Shown piece by piece: positions 42,730-59,177 of a stretch of 64,000 bases of DNA. Numbering within the stretch: position 1 is the stretch's first letter; each line of letters starts with the position of its first letter. A model generated the notes under the pieces. That model was given only the letters and a program-made list of their open reading frames with translations, was not told the DNA's origin and did not search any database. The stretch lies in assembly GCF_009914755.1 (NCBI RefSeq), contig NC_060926.1; one strand, 5' to 3'. The position numbers were made by a program, and so were the translations under genes. Origin of the DNA: the human T2T-CHM13v2.0 reference genome, Homo sapiens.

Positions 42730-44285
42730 AAAATTACCAAGGAATGATGAGGAAAGGCTAAAATAAATCCCATGATACTGAATTACAGTCAGAGATATCA
42801 GCATAAACCCATGTTTATTTTAAAATATTTGCAAATAGATATAGGAATAATTATTGATATGTATGTATGCATGACTTAACATACATATACATATTTCCTA
42901 GCTTTGTGAGCAGAGAGGACTTAGAAGCAGATATTCCAATATCAATCAGCACATCTAATATCCATATCTTAATTACTAAATACTATTCTCCAATAAAGAG
43001 AATAAGAACTCCCTGAAGAAATGGCTGATTCTAGGACCAGGGCAGCAAAAATACAAATAAATCTGGACCATCTTGTAGTGCCAGAAAAAAGAAAGCGCTT
43101 TAACAATAACAAAACAAAGGATGGGTACATAACAATAGGACATAAGAGCCACCTGAAACATTTTTAAATGGGCAAAGATGGAATAATTTTAACAAAATAA
43201 ATAGAGATAATACTGGATTATGACCACCCAAAATTAAATAAATATCCAGTTCATACTAATCTAAACAAATGATTAAATACATAAATAAACTGGGGAAAAT
43301 AAACGAATATTCTTTAGAAAAGAATTTTAAAGAAGAAACAGAAAGGAAATTAAGGAAAAATAATATCACCATTACATACTATGATACAGGCTGGGAATCC
43401 CTTATCTGAAATGCTAGGAGCCAGAAGTATTTTAGAATGTTTTTTGATTTTGGAATATTTTTATTATATTTACTGGTTGAGCACCCCAAATCTGAAAAGT
43501 CGAAATTCAACATGCTGCAATGAGCATTTTGTTTTAGCATTGTCAGTGCTCAAAAAGTTTTGGATTTTGGAATTTTATATTTGGGATACTCAACCTGTGA
43601 TGGCTGTAGGCAGGATCCATAGATGAATGCTAAAATTTGTGGGTGGATCTTTATAAGGAAAGAGTATATTTGCTTAGACTTAAAGTATCATGCTCAAAAT
43701 ATTTATCAATTACTGTGGTGGTTTTAACATTTGTTCACAAATTCCTCGTAAGTATTCAGTGAAGAAAGCTTATATCACTAGTAGTAGTCATGTTGATTTC
43801 ACATACCTCTGATAACATGATATGACGCTATCAGAGAATGTATCACCTCCGTGATATTCTTCTTGCCCAGAACCTCAGTCAAATCATGAGAAAACATTAG
43901 AAAACCCCAAGCTGAGGGACCCTCTACAAATACCTGACCAATATTCTTCAAAACTGTTGAAGTAAACAAAGAACAAACAGAGACTGATTAGAGGAGACTA
44001 TGATGATGTCATGATGACTAATGCAATATCTGATATCCTGGATTTAATTCTGGAGCAGAAAAAAGACATCAGTAGGAAAACTTGTGAAACCTGAATAAAG
44101 TCTGCAGTTTAGATAATATAATAGTATGCCAATGTTAAGTCTTGGTTTTAGTAAATATACCATGGTTACATAAAAGACTAATGTTAGGGGAAGCTGGATG
44201 AAAGCTATTCAGGCATTCTCTCATCTGCACAATTCTTCTGTAAATATATAATCACTTTAAAATAAAAAGGTTTTTTAAAAAACTG
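42730..44285 (+). mobile_element. L1MC3/4-like 3' UTR fragments
   Basis: agagatatcagcataaaccc, aaatggctgattctagg and aatcatgagaaaacattagaaaacccca motifs typical of L1MC 3' ends; boundaries approximate. Confidence 0.65.
43387..43597 (+). mobile_element. Tigger4a/MER46-type MITE
   Basis: Imperfect terminal inverted repeats caggctgggaatccc / gggatactcaacctg, preceded by TA; internal sequence typical of Tigger4. Confidence 0.85.
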
Positions 44286-44329
44286 CTGTATATCCTTAAT
44301 AAATAATAGCTATTATCATAGCTTTCTAA

Positions 44330-44880
44330 GATGACTCCTCTTCTATTGATTATACAATCCACTTTCCCCTTTTCTGAGAAAAAACTTCCTCCTTGGCCTC
44401 CAGATCCCTTTGGTTATAATGGTGAGTTTCCCATAAATCACATTAGTGAATATGGTGCCTCCTACTACATACCTCCTTATGCCCTGCCCTGTCATAGTTG
44501 ATTGGACCAGGAATGGGGCCCTTGACTGAAACTGAGCCAATGAGCCCCTTTCCCAGGGAATTTCAGATTCCAGATACATCTGTCTGACATCTTGACTAGG
44601 GAGATCTATTTAAGAGCTTTTAGAAGCTATTTTCTAATATCTTGCCTGAGAAGCGAAGAAGCAATTCTATAGCAAAGGAGCAGAATAAAACAGACATGCC
44701 CTGAGAGGGAGATAAATCGGTAGAGAGAAGACTACCTGGGTCACTGTGGAACTCCAGCCTTTAGTTCTGAATTCTACCTGCTTCCCTGCCCTTAGATTCC
44801 ACAAAATAACCACTTTCCCTGTTGCTCTTTAGGTATAAACTGGCTAGATTTGGTTTCTGTTAATACAATTAAAAAGTGTT
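44330..44880 (+). mobile_element. Old MaLR/ERVL LTR (MLT1J/K or LTR16-like)
   Basis: gattggaccaggaatgggg...gagccaatgag and terminal ggtttctgttaatacaattaaaaag motifs. Confidence 0.5.
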
Positions 44881-45466
44881 AATATAACCACTTTGTAGCA
44901 AATGACTTGCAATGCATCTAGACTCTATTTCCTGTTGTGTTTGCTTTCCAATAATTCAGGTCAGTAATTTTTTAGTCATATTTTATATAAGCTATTTGGT
45001 TAAATTACCTCTATGTTTACATGTATACCACACCTTTTCTATTCTGATCATTTGTTTATTCTGTGTTCACTCTCCAAAATGCCTTCATTTTATCTCACGC
45101 CCCAATTCTATCTATACTTCAGGGCTTGATTAAAATGTCATCTCTTTCATGCAGACTTCCCTGTCACCCACCCAAAAAGAGAAAGAAAAAAAATCCCATG
45201 TCCCCTTATCTGCACCTTTTGTGGCAATTATTTCTTTTTATTTGCATAATTATTTACATATATTTATTTTCTTTCCTCTTAGATATGAAGCTACTTGAGT
45301 TCACTATCCCTGTTCTTATTCAGGCACCATTTCAAGAAATATTTATATAATAATGTTAACACATACATTAATTTCAACTGCTTTAAATAAGACAGAAATG
45401 CAAGATATTAATAATATTCAACAGCATCTTTTTCCCGTACTTAATAAGAAAAAAAATTTTAAGTAA

Positions 45467-46850
<1,384 letters not shown>

Positions 46851-47891
46851 AAAGGTTTTTACATATTATTTGCAGCAACAATTTCACTGCCTTAGGCACC
46901 ATGCCAAAGAGTTGTGTATGTATGAATTACATACCCTTTTAATAGCACAAAAACTATTAAAATCAATATTTTTATATTACACCTTTAAGAATTAAGAGGT
47001 AAAATTACACAGTGATTTATTCAGCAGTACAAATGGAAACAATAATAAGTGTTTATTGATTCTGAAATTATGGAGGCCTGAGAATTTAAATCAGAGTTTC
47101 AGTATGCTGAAGCAATTCATTTGTTCAAATCACCTTGGCATTTATGATTAGCTAGAATTTGATTAATCGGGGGTATATGTCATCATCTTGCAGTGTGAAA
47201 GTATCCCCCCAAGTCTCTTTTCTTTTCCTTTGGTGTATTTTGATCTGGGGCGTTCTGGGACTGTCCTTAACATTATAAGCTCATTTGGAAAGGCAGATAA
47301 TGCTTAAAATCTAGCCAAGTGGGTTATGGCTCCATTAAAACTATCAGAAAGATCAGTAGAAAGAAGTAATAAGAATCTATCTAGGCCAAGAAACAAAATC
47401 TGCTGTATGCTATAGAAATCTCCAGAAAAAAGGTGCTTCCTTCCCACCTCCAATCCATAGTGAACTTAAAACAATCCCTAGGACTTCAAGGCCTAGTACA
47501 AAAACATTTTGTTAGGTTTTCTGGGTTTCAGCGATTTTTCTCAGTAATTAGATTTAAGTTCAAATAGACATTGGTACGCCTGGAAGAATCACAGAAGGCA
47601 CTACAGGGCATAAAGCAACAAGGAACTGTGCACCTCAGAGTAGGAGGGGTTGCTAGTTAAGGAAAGGAAAAGGGAGCCCTTTATATTGTATACATTTTTT
47701 GAGACTCAAAGATGTAAGTGATGGTTCAGGCCAGTTAACCCTGGCATGCTAAATATTTGCTAGTCACAACTCACCATCTTGTTCCTTCAAAATGGGCACT
47801 AATGTTATCAACAACCTTGCCATTTCACACACACCCTCAAAGAGTTCAGGCTTCTTCCTGGGTTTCATACTTTAGGGGTCTTCACAAATTC

Positions 47892-47926
47892 CTCTCTCTC
47901 TCTCACACACACATACACACACACAT

Positions 47927-47977
<51 letters not shown>
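47892..47977. repeat. (CT)n(CA)n microsatellite
   Basis: Read directly. Confidence 0.97.
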
Positions 47978-47978
<1 letters not shown>

Positions 47979-48188
47979 GTATACCTATTAAAAAGCACAT
48001 ATGTGCCTCTGCCACTCAAGACCCTGTCCTTGACACTGGCATCATGTCACTAGAACCCTGTACTGCTCAGTTCCCAGGTAATTGCTATTCCACACCTCTT
48101 GCCCTACAAACTCAACTGTGCCCTTATGTGGTGAATGTATGAGGACTGTGCTAATTCCAGTATCAGAGTCAGAAGCTGCCTCCCAGTT

Positions 48189-48470
48189 GCTGTGGATTGA
48201 ATGTGTTCCTCCAAAGTTCATGTATTGGAAACAATCCCCAAAGCAAAAGTGTTGGGAAATGGGGCCCTTTGGAACGTGAATTGATTAGTGCCACCATAAA
48301 AAGGGCTTGAAGGAGTGGGTTCACTTTCTTCTGCTCATCTGCCATGTGGGGACACAGCAAGAAAGCCCTAACCAGATGCTAGCACCTTGATCTTAGACTT
48401 CCCAGCGTCCAGAACTATGAGAATATAAATTTCTGTTCTTAATAATTATATTCAGATGTCTTTGGTATTT
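48189..48470 (+). mobile_element. MaLR LTR (MST-like)
   Basis: tgctgtggattgaatgtg...ccaaagttcatgt...gcaccttgatcttagacttcccag...taaatttctgttctt. Confidence 0.85.
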
Positions 48471-50859
48471 TACCAATTTTTAGTTATGTAAAAACCATGG
48501 ATGTAATTCACATATCTTTTAATTTGGTTTTATATGTGCTATAAAAGTTATATTAGAAACAATTGGAAGATAAAATATATGTTATGTAACAGCTTTTAGG
48601 ATGATTTATCACATTTAAATATTAGCATATGGCATGTAGGCCTCCATTTCTTTATCTTGCTGCAGACTTCACAAATGTAAAATGAAGGTCTGCAATAAGT
48701 CAGATAAAACTCTATCACCTCATTAATACCATTTGTAGTTTTTAGTCTTCATATTTATTCTCTGATGTGAAGGTTATTTTTTAAAAAGTAAAAACAAAAG
48801 AATTATTAGGAGTTTTAGCACCAAAACCTAATGTAATATTATACTAGTAACTTTTTTATCTTCCTAAGTCTTTTAATAATCAGAGGTGGTTTTTCCTGTT
48901 TTCAAATGTTAGAATCTGATTATCTTTTAATCAAACATTAGTTTATTCATAATCATCTGCATTTTTATTTTTTATTTACAGGATACTTTATATGCATAAT
49001 ATTTCCCAAATCTGCCTAATCCTAAAAAGTCACATGGACCACTTCCAACACACAAATTTCTACATCCCAACCTATATCCATATTTCCTGTATCGAAATAT
49101 CTAGGAAAGAGAAGCTTGTGTATCTTTTTTTTTCCTTTTTTCCCTCTTCTCTCCTCCCCTTTTTAACGAACACCTGAAAGGATTCTCATCAAAGAAGTCT
49201 GAGTAACACTGTTTTGTAAGGAAGCATTTTTCAGTGACGAATCACAGATTATTATTCAACTTCTCCCAGCTTGTTAGGTCAAAGAACAAACATAGGTCAT
49301 CTCTTTTATGACCTAGAGTTGGGTCATATAACATCTCTCTCTCTGTCTCTTTTACTCTCTTTCTCTCTCTCACCCTCCTCAAAACCAAATGTCTTTTAGT
49401 AACATCTTACAGTTATTCAAAGCACTTTCACATCTATAGTATTGTCTTAATTTATTCTCAAAACCAGGCTATGATAGAGGTGTTATTATCCTCAAGTAGT
49501 AGATTGAGAGACTGGACATAGAAGGGCTGAGGATCCTGTTGACATCATCATGTATCTAGGCACAGATGAGACTAAACTAGGTCTCCAGTTCTAGTGTCAG
49601 TTAGCTCTTACAGTATGATATACAACCACAAAAACTCAGTGGTATTCAGCAAAGAGCATATAGTTTGGGTTCAAGTGCCTGAGACTGGGCTGGGGCAGCT
49701 CCTCTTGTGCATCTCATACTGGAACTCATGCTAGAGGCACCTGGGGCATAATCTTCTCCTGGCACTGCAGAAGCACAGTGCAGAGGGAAACAAGCCTAAC
49801 CACTCATAAAAAATTTCAAGCCTCTGATTACATCATACTTGCTAATTTCCCTTTGGCTAAAGCACACCCAAGTCAAGGAGGCAGGAAGCACACTCTAAAA
49901 TGCTAAAATGAAGCCATAGCAAAGGAATGAATCAATTATTTTACCAGAGCCAAGGAAAACTTTGCATCAGTTATTCAATCTACTTCACTCAAAGGCACAG
50001 TTCTTTCTACTAGATCATACTACTTTGACCTTCAAACTTTGACATTGGCTTATTTCCATGGCTTACTCTGGCTATTTTAAAATTTGCTACATAGGAAAAA
50101 AGTAATTTTACAAATAATGTATAATTAAAAGTTCATCACAAATTAGTGTATTACCTTATACAAAAATAATAAATATAAAACAAATGTTTCAGTAAATAAG
50201 AGAATATATTACTAGTTCAGCTTGCTGAGTCTACCATAAAATAATGTTTCATGCTAAAAGTTTTGTCTATTGTTTGACTAAACACTAAAGAGCTTTCTTT
50301 TAAGCAAATCCACAAGTAATAGTAGAATAGCTAAGAATTTGTACAGTTATGAAATATAAGCTTAGAAAATGAAGAAAATGTTTTTAAATGTTAAATTTCT
50401 AAGTCTATACCTTCAGGCAATTGCATATCTTGAATTTTGAAATTTTCTTTTTCAAATAATGACTAGGAAATTTGTTTTAAAAAGTCAGTTTCCTGTTATA
50501 TTCTGTAGACAAATATTTTTCAGAAAAAAATTTAATATTAACACTTTAATCACTAAGCAGGAGTTATTAATAATGGAATTCCTTGAATGAACTATTGTTT
50601 TCAAAAGACACATATATACATTTTTTAATTTAATTAATACTTAATCATAGGAAGCAAGTTTTTAATTGGACAAAAGGTAGACTCTGGCATCATGAAATTT
50701 GGGTTCTAGTAGGTCAGTTCAAATATAGTTAGAGCACAGGCATAAAACTGACTCTGTTATCAAGTTGCTTGTGAAACATGTTGAAATAAAAGTGATTGTA
50801 TTATTAGTCAAAATATTATCTGCCCATACATTTGGGAGGTTACACTTTCACCTTATGAA

Positions 50860-52100
50860 GTATCAGGCGTAGTTATTTGCCCAGCAGTGACCTCCCTGTG
50901 AATGCATTATACAATCCTGCCCTGCTGACTTCAGGCATATATACCTTGAGGTATCCCTCCCTGCAGGAGGATTGTGTGTCCCTGTGATGGTGAACCCAGG
51001 ACTTTTTTAACCAATGAAATATACTTGGAAATGACCTGGGCCACTGGAAGAAGAAGATTTGGGTACCACTGTATGGTTATGCCATGCTCTGTTCCCTCTC
51101 TATGATGAGGCTGTACACATTTCCCATTGATACTGCTTCCTCTGCCTTGATCACAAGCAGAGATGTCGAACAAAGTTTCAGCTGACCTTTGATAAGCCAG
51201 CCGTAATGTGAATGAGAAATGAATCCTTGTCTTTGTAAGCAACTAAGATTTGGCTTAACATTCTACAGACTAAACTTATACTCTACAGCCTAAACTTACT
51301 GGTATAGAAATTGATCCCCAAAGTGAGTGTTATCATAACACAAAACCTGAAATACGTGGCATCAGCTTCACTGCTGGACAGTGGATAACCAGGAAACTTA
51401 TGTACAGTGGAAAGATGTGACCCTTACCATGTAGTGGCAAATTGGAATAACTAGGAAGAAAGATAATGTACGAAATGAGCTCATGGCTTTAAGTGGAGAG
51501 GTTGGGAGACATAATGTTAGGACCATTCTTTGGTTGCTATTGGATGCATTTGGTAAGGTACTGCAAAGAAATGAACTCAGAAAAGGACTGACGGCTTGTA
51601 AATAAGAGTCAAAGGAAATAAAGAGAGCACAGAAATTTGTGGGCCTTTCAGTTTTGAAGGATGCAACTGTTTTTCATCTCCAACTGGTAAAACATTAAAC
51701 CAAAAGAGAAAGCTTTGGGTGACAAAGGCCAATTTGAAAAGAAGTTTCATGGGAAAGACAAAATCAAGCATGTGACCATAAAACCCATTGTGAAACTTCT
51801 GAATCAATTAAGAAATCAAACAAAAATCCTTTCAGTTAGACAAATGGCAGAAGGAGAACATACTAAGGATGTGCCTTCTGTGAAAATCTCATCAGCTTAC
51901 AATGCCCAGAATTAATATTAGGAAAAGGAGCACATATCAAGAATTGTTGATGTAGGTATTGGTACAGGAACTAAATAAAATAAAATAGACAAAAGGCCAT
52001 GTAAATTTTTGAGAGAGTTGTACTCAAAAGATCATCCAGTCTGGACTAAATAAGAATGACTGAGACATAAAGTAACTCTTGGTCCTGAACTTTCTGTGAG
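50860..52100 (+). mobile_element. MLT1-type LTR followed by probable MaLR internal sequence
   Basis: ccaatgaaat...gaaatgac and ttgtaagcaactaagatttgg LTR motifs, then gaaattg...tgttatcataac...acctgaaatacgtggc internal-start-like sequence. Confidence 0.55.
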
Positions 52101-53164
52101 TAGTATATCATTTGAGGTTAAGTCAGGAAACCAGAACCACTATATGTATCACAAGGAGAGCATCCATCGAAGTACAGAGAAACAACAAAAAAAAGAAAAG
52201 AAAAAGGAATAAGGGATTTAATATGGGAATTAGAGTTTATACAAACATGAGTGGAGCTGGGAAAGTAAAGGGGTTGGACGTAGAACTTGAGAAATTGTCA
52301 CTAACGATTTTATCCTGATGTGCTGGCATGGGAACACAAGTTGGAGCTTGCAGGAAAATATAAGTAACCTGTGTGTGTCACTGCCAAAGAGGAACTGGAG
52401 AACCTGGCAAAGAAGGAACACAGGGAGAGTCTTGTGTAAGCCTCTGTGGATCCACAAGCCAAGATCAGGTGGGCTTGAGGCAGCTGTTGGTCAGCATGGC
52501 CAGCCATCAAGATGAGTTGGAGCAGCAGAGTTACAACCAGAGACTCACCAGGCACCTCTGCAGATGATGCCTGATGCGAATAACCTCCCAAGAATGATGT
52601 CCTCTACTCTTATCTGCCTTCCAATCTCACAAAATTTCTTTTAATGGACCAATCCATCTGACAACCATACAGAGAAGATTCTGAGAAATGTAGTTCCTAA
52701 TCTTAGACAGGAGCCCAGGTGCTAAGTCAACAGTAGACAATTCAACACAGAAAGGAAGCAGGCTCAGAAGCAGCTGGGGGTGAGGGGAGGGCAAGGAGAG
52801 CATTTTCAAATGTGGCCAAAGATGATCATGAAAAACATAGGAACTCCCAGAAGATGAGGCTAAAAGTCATAGAATACAATGGACTGAAAATCTACTTACA
52901 TGAACAGAGACTAGGTGACTAGGCTATGAACTTGGAACAATTCTGCACTGCCCCCCAACCACCCCCCTTGCCCTGCCACTGCACCCCCGGCTCAGTAGAA
53001 GAATCTTGCTTAATAGGATTTCAGAATATCTATGGACCAGTAACTGCTCTGTGCATCTCATTGTTCTCCTTTCCAAATAGAAGAGTTAACTGTCATTATC
53101 CTGTCCCTGTTCTTCCATCCAATCAGTGTTCAAGTCATTTTATATACTTTTTAAATACAGTTTG

Positions 53165-53380
53165 ACAGGTACCTGCAAACTGTAGCCTTCAGGCCAAATC
53201 TGGCTGTCTCCCATTCTTGTTAAGTACAGATGTCTTGGAATGCAGTTCATTAGGATTTCTATGGCTGTTTTTGCATTATAAGGGCAGAGATGAGTAGTTC
53301 TGACAGAAAATGTAGGACCAACCCACAAAGCCTAAAATATTGACCAATCTGGCTCTTTGCAGAAAAAGTCTGTCAACTCA
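53165..53380 (+). mobile_element. MER58A-like hAT-Charlie element
   Basis: gcaaactgtagcc...ggccaaatctggc...cacaaagcctaaaatatt...tctggctctttgcagaaaaagt. Confidence 0.8.
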
Positions 53381-53411
53381 TAAATAAGATCTACACAATG
53401 CAATTGGTGGC

Positions 53412-54502
53412 TGTTGCGGGAAGTCAGGGACCCCGAACGGAGGGACGGGCTGAAGCCACAGCAGAAGAAGATAAATTGTGAAGATTTCATGGACATTTAT
53501 TAGTTCCCCAAATTAATACTTTTATAATTTCTTACACCTGTCTTTACTGCAATCTCTGAACATAAATTGTGAAGATTTCATGGACATTTATCACTTCCCC
53601 AATCAATACTCTTATAATTTCCTATACCTGTCCTTACTTTAATCTCTTAATCCCATCATCTTCGTAAACTGAGGATGTATGTCGCCTCAGGATCCTGTGA
53701 TGATTGTGTTATCTGCACAAATCGTTTGTAGAGCATGTGTGTTTGAACAATATGAAATCTGGGCACCTAGAAAAGGAACAGGATAATAGCGATTTTCAGG
53801 GAACAAGGGAGATAACCATAAAGTCTGACTGCCTGCAGGGCCGGGTGGAACAGAGTCATTTTTCTCTTCTTACAAAAGCAAATAAGAGAAATATCACTGA
53901 ATTCTTTTTCTCAGCAAGGAACAGCCCTGGGAAAAGAATGCCCTCCCAGGGGCAGGCCTCTAAAATGGCCACTCTGGGAGTGTCGGTCTTATGCAGTTGT
54001 AGATAAGGAATGAAATATGCCCTGGTCTCCTGCAGCGCCCCCAGGCTTGTTAGGATTGGGAAATTCCAGCCTGGCGAAATTCTAGTCAGACCGGTTCTCT
54101 GCTCTTGAACCCTGCTTCCTGTTAAGATGTTTATCAATGACAATATGTGCCCAGCAGGACATGGAAACTCTAGTTAGTAATTCTAATTTTGCCCTGGCCT
54201 TGTGATCTTGCTCGCTCTGCCCCCAATTGTCTTGAGATATTTTATTGCCTTTGAAGCATGTGATCTCTGTGACCCACACCCTATTCATACACTCCCTCCC
54301 CTTTGAAAATCGCTAATAAAAACTTGCTGGTTTGCAGCTCGGGGGCATCACGGAACCTGCCGACATGTGATGTCACCCCCAGAGACCCAGCTGTAAAATT
54401 TCTTTCTTTTGTACTCTTTCTCTTTATTTCTCAGACCAGCCTACACTTAGAGAAAATAGAAAAGAACCTACATTGAAATATTGGGGGCTAGTTCCCTCGA
54501 TA
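53412..54502 (+). mobile_element. MER11 solo LTR (HERV-K HML-8; MER11B/C-like)
   Basis: Starts tgttgcgggaagtcagggaccccgaacggaggg and ends gttccctcgata; 1091 bp; perfect 6-bp TSD ggtggc (53406-53411, 54503-54508). Confidence 0.93.
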
Positions 54503-54559
54503 GGTGGCTGTGTCTCTCAAGTCTCTCCTTTAATCTATTAGTTCCAGAGATGGCTTCAT

Positions 54560-56100
54560 TGTAGTATGTTAATAATCTTTCTAACTTCTTTTTACCACTA
54601 CATATTACTCCATCATGTGTATGTAACACAGCCTTCAACCAGTCCTTTTATGATGGGCTCTTGGGGTTTTCTAAGCCTTTTGCTGCAATGAGTAGCCTGT
54701 GCAAATGTCATCTTGTTTTTTCCCTCCATTTTATTCAAAATAGGTTCCTAAAAGTAAGATTTCTGTGCCAACTAATAAATATTGCCCACTTGCCCTCTGC
54801 TTGAAATTGTACATTTCTTTATTCCAACCAACAATGTATAAGCATGCCTCATCCAGCTAGCAGGGATACTGTCAAACTTTTGAATTTTGGCCAATCTCCT
54901 AAATGGGAAAAGGGATCTAAGTATAGCTTTAAATTGTTGAACCCTTTACCAATGATGCTGAATACCTTTGCAAATAGTTAAGGGCCATTTTTATTTTTTT
55001 CTATCTTACTTAAATCTCTTGCCATTTTTCTATAGGATTTATAGGATGTTTTTCTTCTCTATTGTTATAAACTCTTTGTATACTCATAGTATTAAACTTT
55101 GTCTTTGATATACATTGCAAACACTTTCCTCATTTTCACTTTCCTAGTGTTTCCTTGTTTTTGCCATGAAAAGTTTTTGGATGTTATTATTTTGAATTTT
55201 TATGCTGTCAAATTATTAATATTTTTCTTTACTGCTCTTGTATTTTGAGTTACATTTCCAAGAGTTTGTCTTATGCCTAGGATATAGGTTTGCACCTATG
55301 ATTTGTTTCAGTACTTCTTTGATTTAATTTAACTCTCTGGCACATTTGGAATTTGTCCTAGTATGCAGTAAGGAGAATGAGACCAAATTTCTCTCTATTG
55401 CCATCTACTTATGCCAACACTAATTTATTTAAATAAGTTATTTACCCCACTAAGATTATTTTACACTACATTTGCGTATGTATTTGGGTCTATTTTTTTC
55501 TTTCAACCTTTGCTATAATGTTATACTCTTTTAATTTAGAGATTTTGTAGTATGTTTTAATATATTTCAGGATTAGTCTACCTTTTTTGGTTTTTTTTAA
55601 GGTTCTTATGTCTACTCTTGCTTCTTTTTTTTTTTTCCAAATAAACTTTATAGACAAGTTTTCTAGTTCCAGAAAAAAAAAAAAGATGGCATTTTTATTA
55701 GGAGTGTATTAAATGTATTAATTAACTTAGAAATAACTGATATCTGTATTATGTCAAATTTTACTAACCAAAACATATCTCTTCTGGTTGTTCAACTGTA
55801 CCTTTGAATCTTCCAATAGTGAGTTATAGTTTTCTTTACAAAGGTTGGAGACATTTCATGTTGAGCTTATGTATAGGTGTGCCTGTATTTCTGTTTTTAA
55901 GCATAAATTGGGTCTTCAATTTTATTATTACTTTAAATAATCTCTCTCTATATATATATATATGTTTATTCAATTTTGTATGTCAGTTTTAACTCTGCAA
56001 TTTTATTACACTATTGACTATAGTAATTTTTACATAGATTATTGATTTTTTGTCACATAATCATACCATCTGAAAATGGAGATAATTTAACTTAATGCTT
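54560..56100 (-). mobile_element. Degraded L1ME-like fragments
   Basis: T-rich antisense L1 motifs (ttccaaccaacaatgtataag; ttccaaataaactttatagac). Confidence 0.55.
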
Positions 56101-56730
56101 TATTCTTTAAAATATCAACTCTTAATTATTGATTTTTAAATTAGATTATCCAGAAATGAAGAGGTCTGTTTTTACCTTTCAAAAAACTACACAAGAATCT
56201 GAGATGATACATTGGCTTTCTTTTCTTCCTTTGTTGTATTAATTAAATAAGTCAAATGCTAATTGAGTGGCAATTTATAAAACAATTTTACAGTGAAATC
56301 TTTAAAATATGTTAAAAGCTCTCAAGTTTAAAAAAATGTGTAACCTCAAGTTTGCAGGTTTTATCTATTACTTAATTGGAAAAGTTACAAATAGAAAAAA
56401 GGATCAGCTCTAGGCATAACTATCAAACGGTTAAAGTTTAAAGTTTTCTCTCACAATTTGTGACCCTTTCTTAAACCTCTATTTCCCCCAAGGATGTTTG
56501 GTTATCATATTCACCCCTTATACTCTAAGAACACTTATAAAGAAAGCCACCCAACCTTGGATATCCTTTTTATTCCTGTCCTTCCTGGCTCCCATCTAAC
56601 GTAGCAGAGGCTGAGCTGCTGTCAAAGTAAGAACTTTACCTAAGCACTACAAGCATAACCTGACTCTGTTTAATCTGGCATGTAAATATGATTCCCAAAA
56701 GGAACCAAAAAACAAACAAACCAAAGCAAA

Positions 56731-57066
56731 TGATATGGTTTGGCTCTTGTGTCCCTACTCAAACCCCATCTCGAATTGTAATCTTCACATGTAGAGGGCG
56801 GGAGGTAACTGGATCATGGGGATGATTTCCCCCCTGCTGTTCTTGTGATAGTGAATGAGTTCTTACAAGATCTGATGGTTTTATTAGGCAGATTTCCCTA
56901 TTCTTGCTGGCTCTCTCTCACCTGCCACCATGTAAGACGTGCCTGCTTTCCCTTCCACTATGATCATGTTTCCTGAGGCCTCCCCAGCCATGCAGAACTC
57001 TGAGTCAATTAAACCTCTTTGCTTTATAATTTACCCTATCTTTACACCAGTGTGAAAACAAATACA
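56731..57066 (+). mobile_element. THE1 solo LTR (THE1C/D-like)
   Basis: tgatatggtttggct...gagtcaattaaacctc...aataca; 5-bp TSD gcaaa (56726-56730, 57067-57071). Confidence 0.93.
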
Positions 57067-57710
57067 GCAAACAAACAAAAGCTAATGTGAATGAAGCACT
57101 GATGACTAAGTAAACTCAGAATGACTTTTCAGACTTTCAACAAAAATGGTATTTCTTTTTCTTTAGCTAGCACTCTTTTAACCAGCCATAAGGAGGGCCA
57201 CAGAGTTTCAGGTATGAAAAATATCGTAGCCTCATTTGACTCACCTCCACCCCTTTCCCTTTACAGGCTTAAATTCTCCAACCAACAGCCCAATAACTGA
57301 CAACAAAAATGACTGGCTGGACTTAGGACAGAAAATCTGTTCTGTGACTTCTTCCTATCTCCTTAGTTCCAATTGAAAATTTGAAAATGAGAACCTTTCA
57401 GTTCAAGTGGGACCAAGCTAGAACATGTGCAAAAATCAGTACAAATCCATTCTTGTGACTTCTAAAACATAGTAGATACTACGTGCTATCTATTGCATGA
57501 ACGTGTTGATATGTTTATGTCAACAATATTATATTTGACTATGAAGGATACTACATTTTATTAAATATCCAGAGATTACCAAGGGGACTTTATGATCAAT
57601 GTCAAACTCTACAGTAAGCTTTGTACATTCATTTTCTCTGGTATGCAGACATAGTTATAAGTAAAGGTTTTCTCCAACTTTGGGTAGAATCACTTTAAAA
57701 ATTCAGAGTT

Positions 57711-58020
<310 letters not shown>

Positions 58021-59177
58021 AAAATTCTGAGTCAATAAATAAACTTAGAGAGTCTCGTATATTGTCAGTAAAGGTTTTGATGAGTTGGAATTTCCAGAAC
58101 CCAAGAAATGAAAATGGAAGTGTAAAATAGTACTCATAAGGGAAAACATCAAACAGATTTCTCTTTGCCACGTATTTCAGCAAGTTTTAGATTTCAATCA
58201 GGGTCTGACTTTGGATTAAAGTTAAAAGTCATAGTATCAGTGACTGAATCTCAAATTGCCTCTGAAATATAGTGACAGGCCCACCAAATGATGAAAGCAC
58301 TTTCAATCACAAGGAAATCTTCCTTTAGGTTTCCTTCTCTGAACACTCCTTAATATTTAGCAAATATATGTGGTATTAGTGCTGATAGTATATAATATTT
58401 AAATATGTGTTGGTTAATAAACTCTTAGTTCTTAGAATTCAGAGTCTGTTGTATTTTTCTTGTGCTATCTACTAAACTTAATAAAAGTCAGAGAGAACAA
58501 TGTGATGTTCAATATATGTAGAAGATTGATTTAGACCATTAAGTCTTGTGAAATAACAAATATATTCAAATTATAGATGAGGACCCAGAATTTAATCTAG
58601 AAACAGAGATTCAAAGGATTTTTAATAGACTTTCATGAGGCTAGGAATTATATTTTTCTTATCCTTGCCTGGTATTGCAGGAGTTCATAGCGCAAGGATT
58701 TTTTTTAAAGGCACAGTAAATATGTGCTAAATTAATTAATTAATGAGTTAATTTTGTTCTCAAACTTGTGTTTAGAAAATACTGAAAATCAGTAGAGACC
58801 TTCATGAATGTTATGCAGAAAGGGAAGAAGGTCTTCAGACATTTTCTTCTATGCTGCATAAGCACAGATCTCTGCTCCTGTTTTCCCTCTTTCTCAGATA
58901 CCTGTAACTTTTGCAAGTTAACTCCACACATCTGGTAGCTGATAAGTTCTAACTGACATTTTCCAGAAACGTTTGAAACACCAGTGTCCCTTTAACAATC
59001 CAAATGGAGGGTCTGAATAGTGGACTTTAAGCACGAAAGGAACGTAGGGTTCTAGTGTGGGGTGTACACGCACAGGTGAGAAAGTCAGCTTGAAGTTCTG
59101 TCTCCAAACCTTATAACAGCCTAATGAGGTAGATACTATTATCCCCTTTTAAAGATGCAAACACTGAGACTCTGAAT

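Noticed and set aside
52100-52720. Overlapping short ORFs as a gene
   Set aside because: The region resembles a degraded old LTR within MaLR sequence, and the peptides are unrecognisable.
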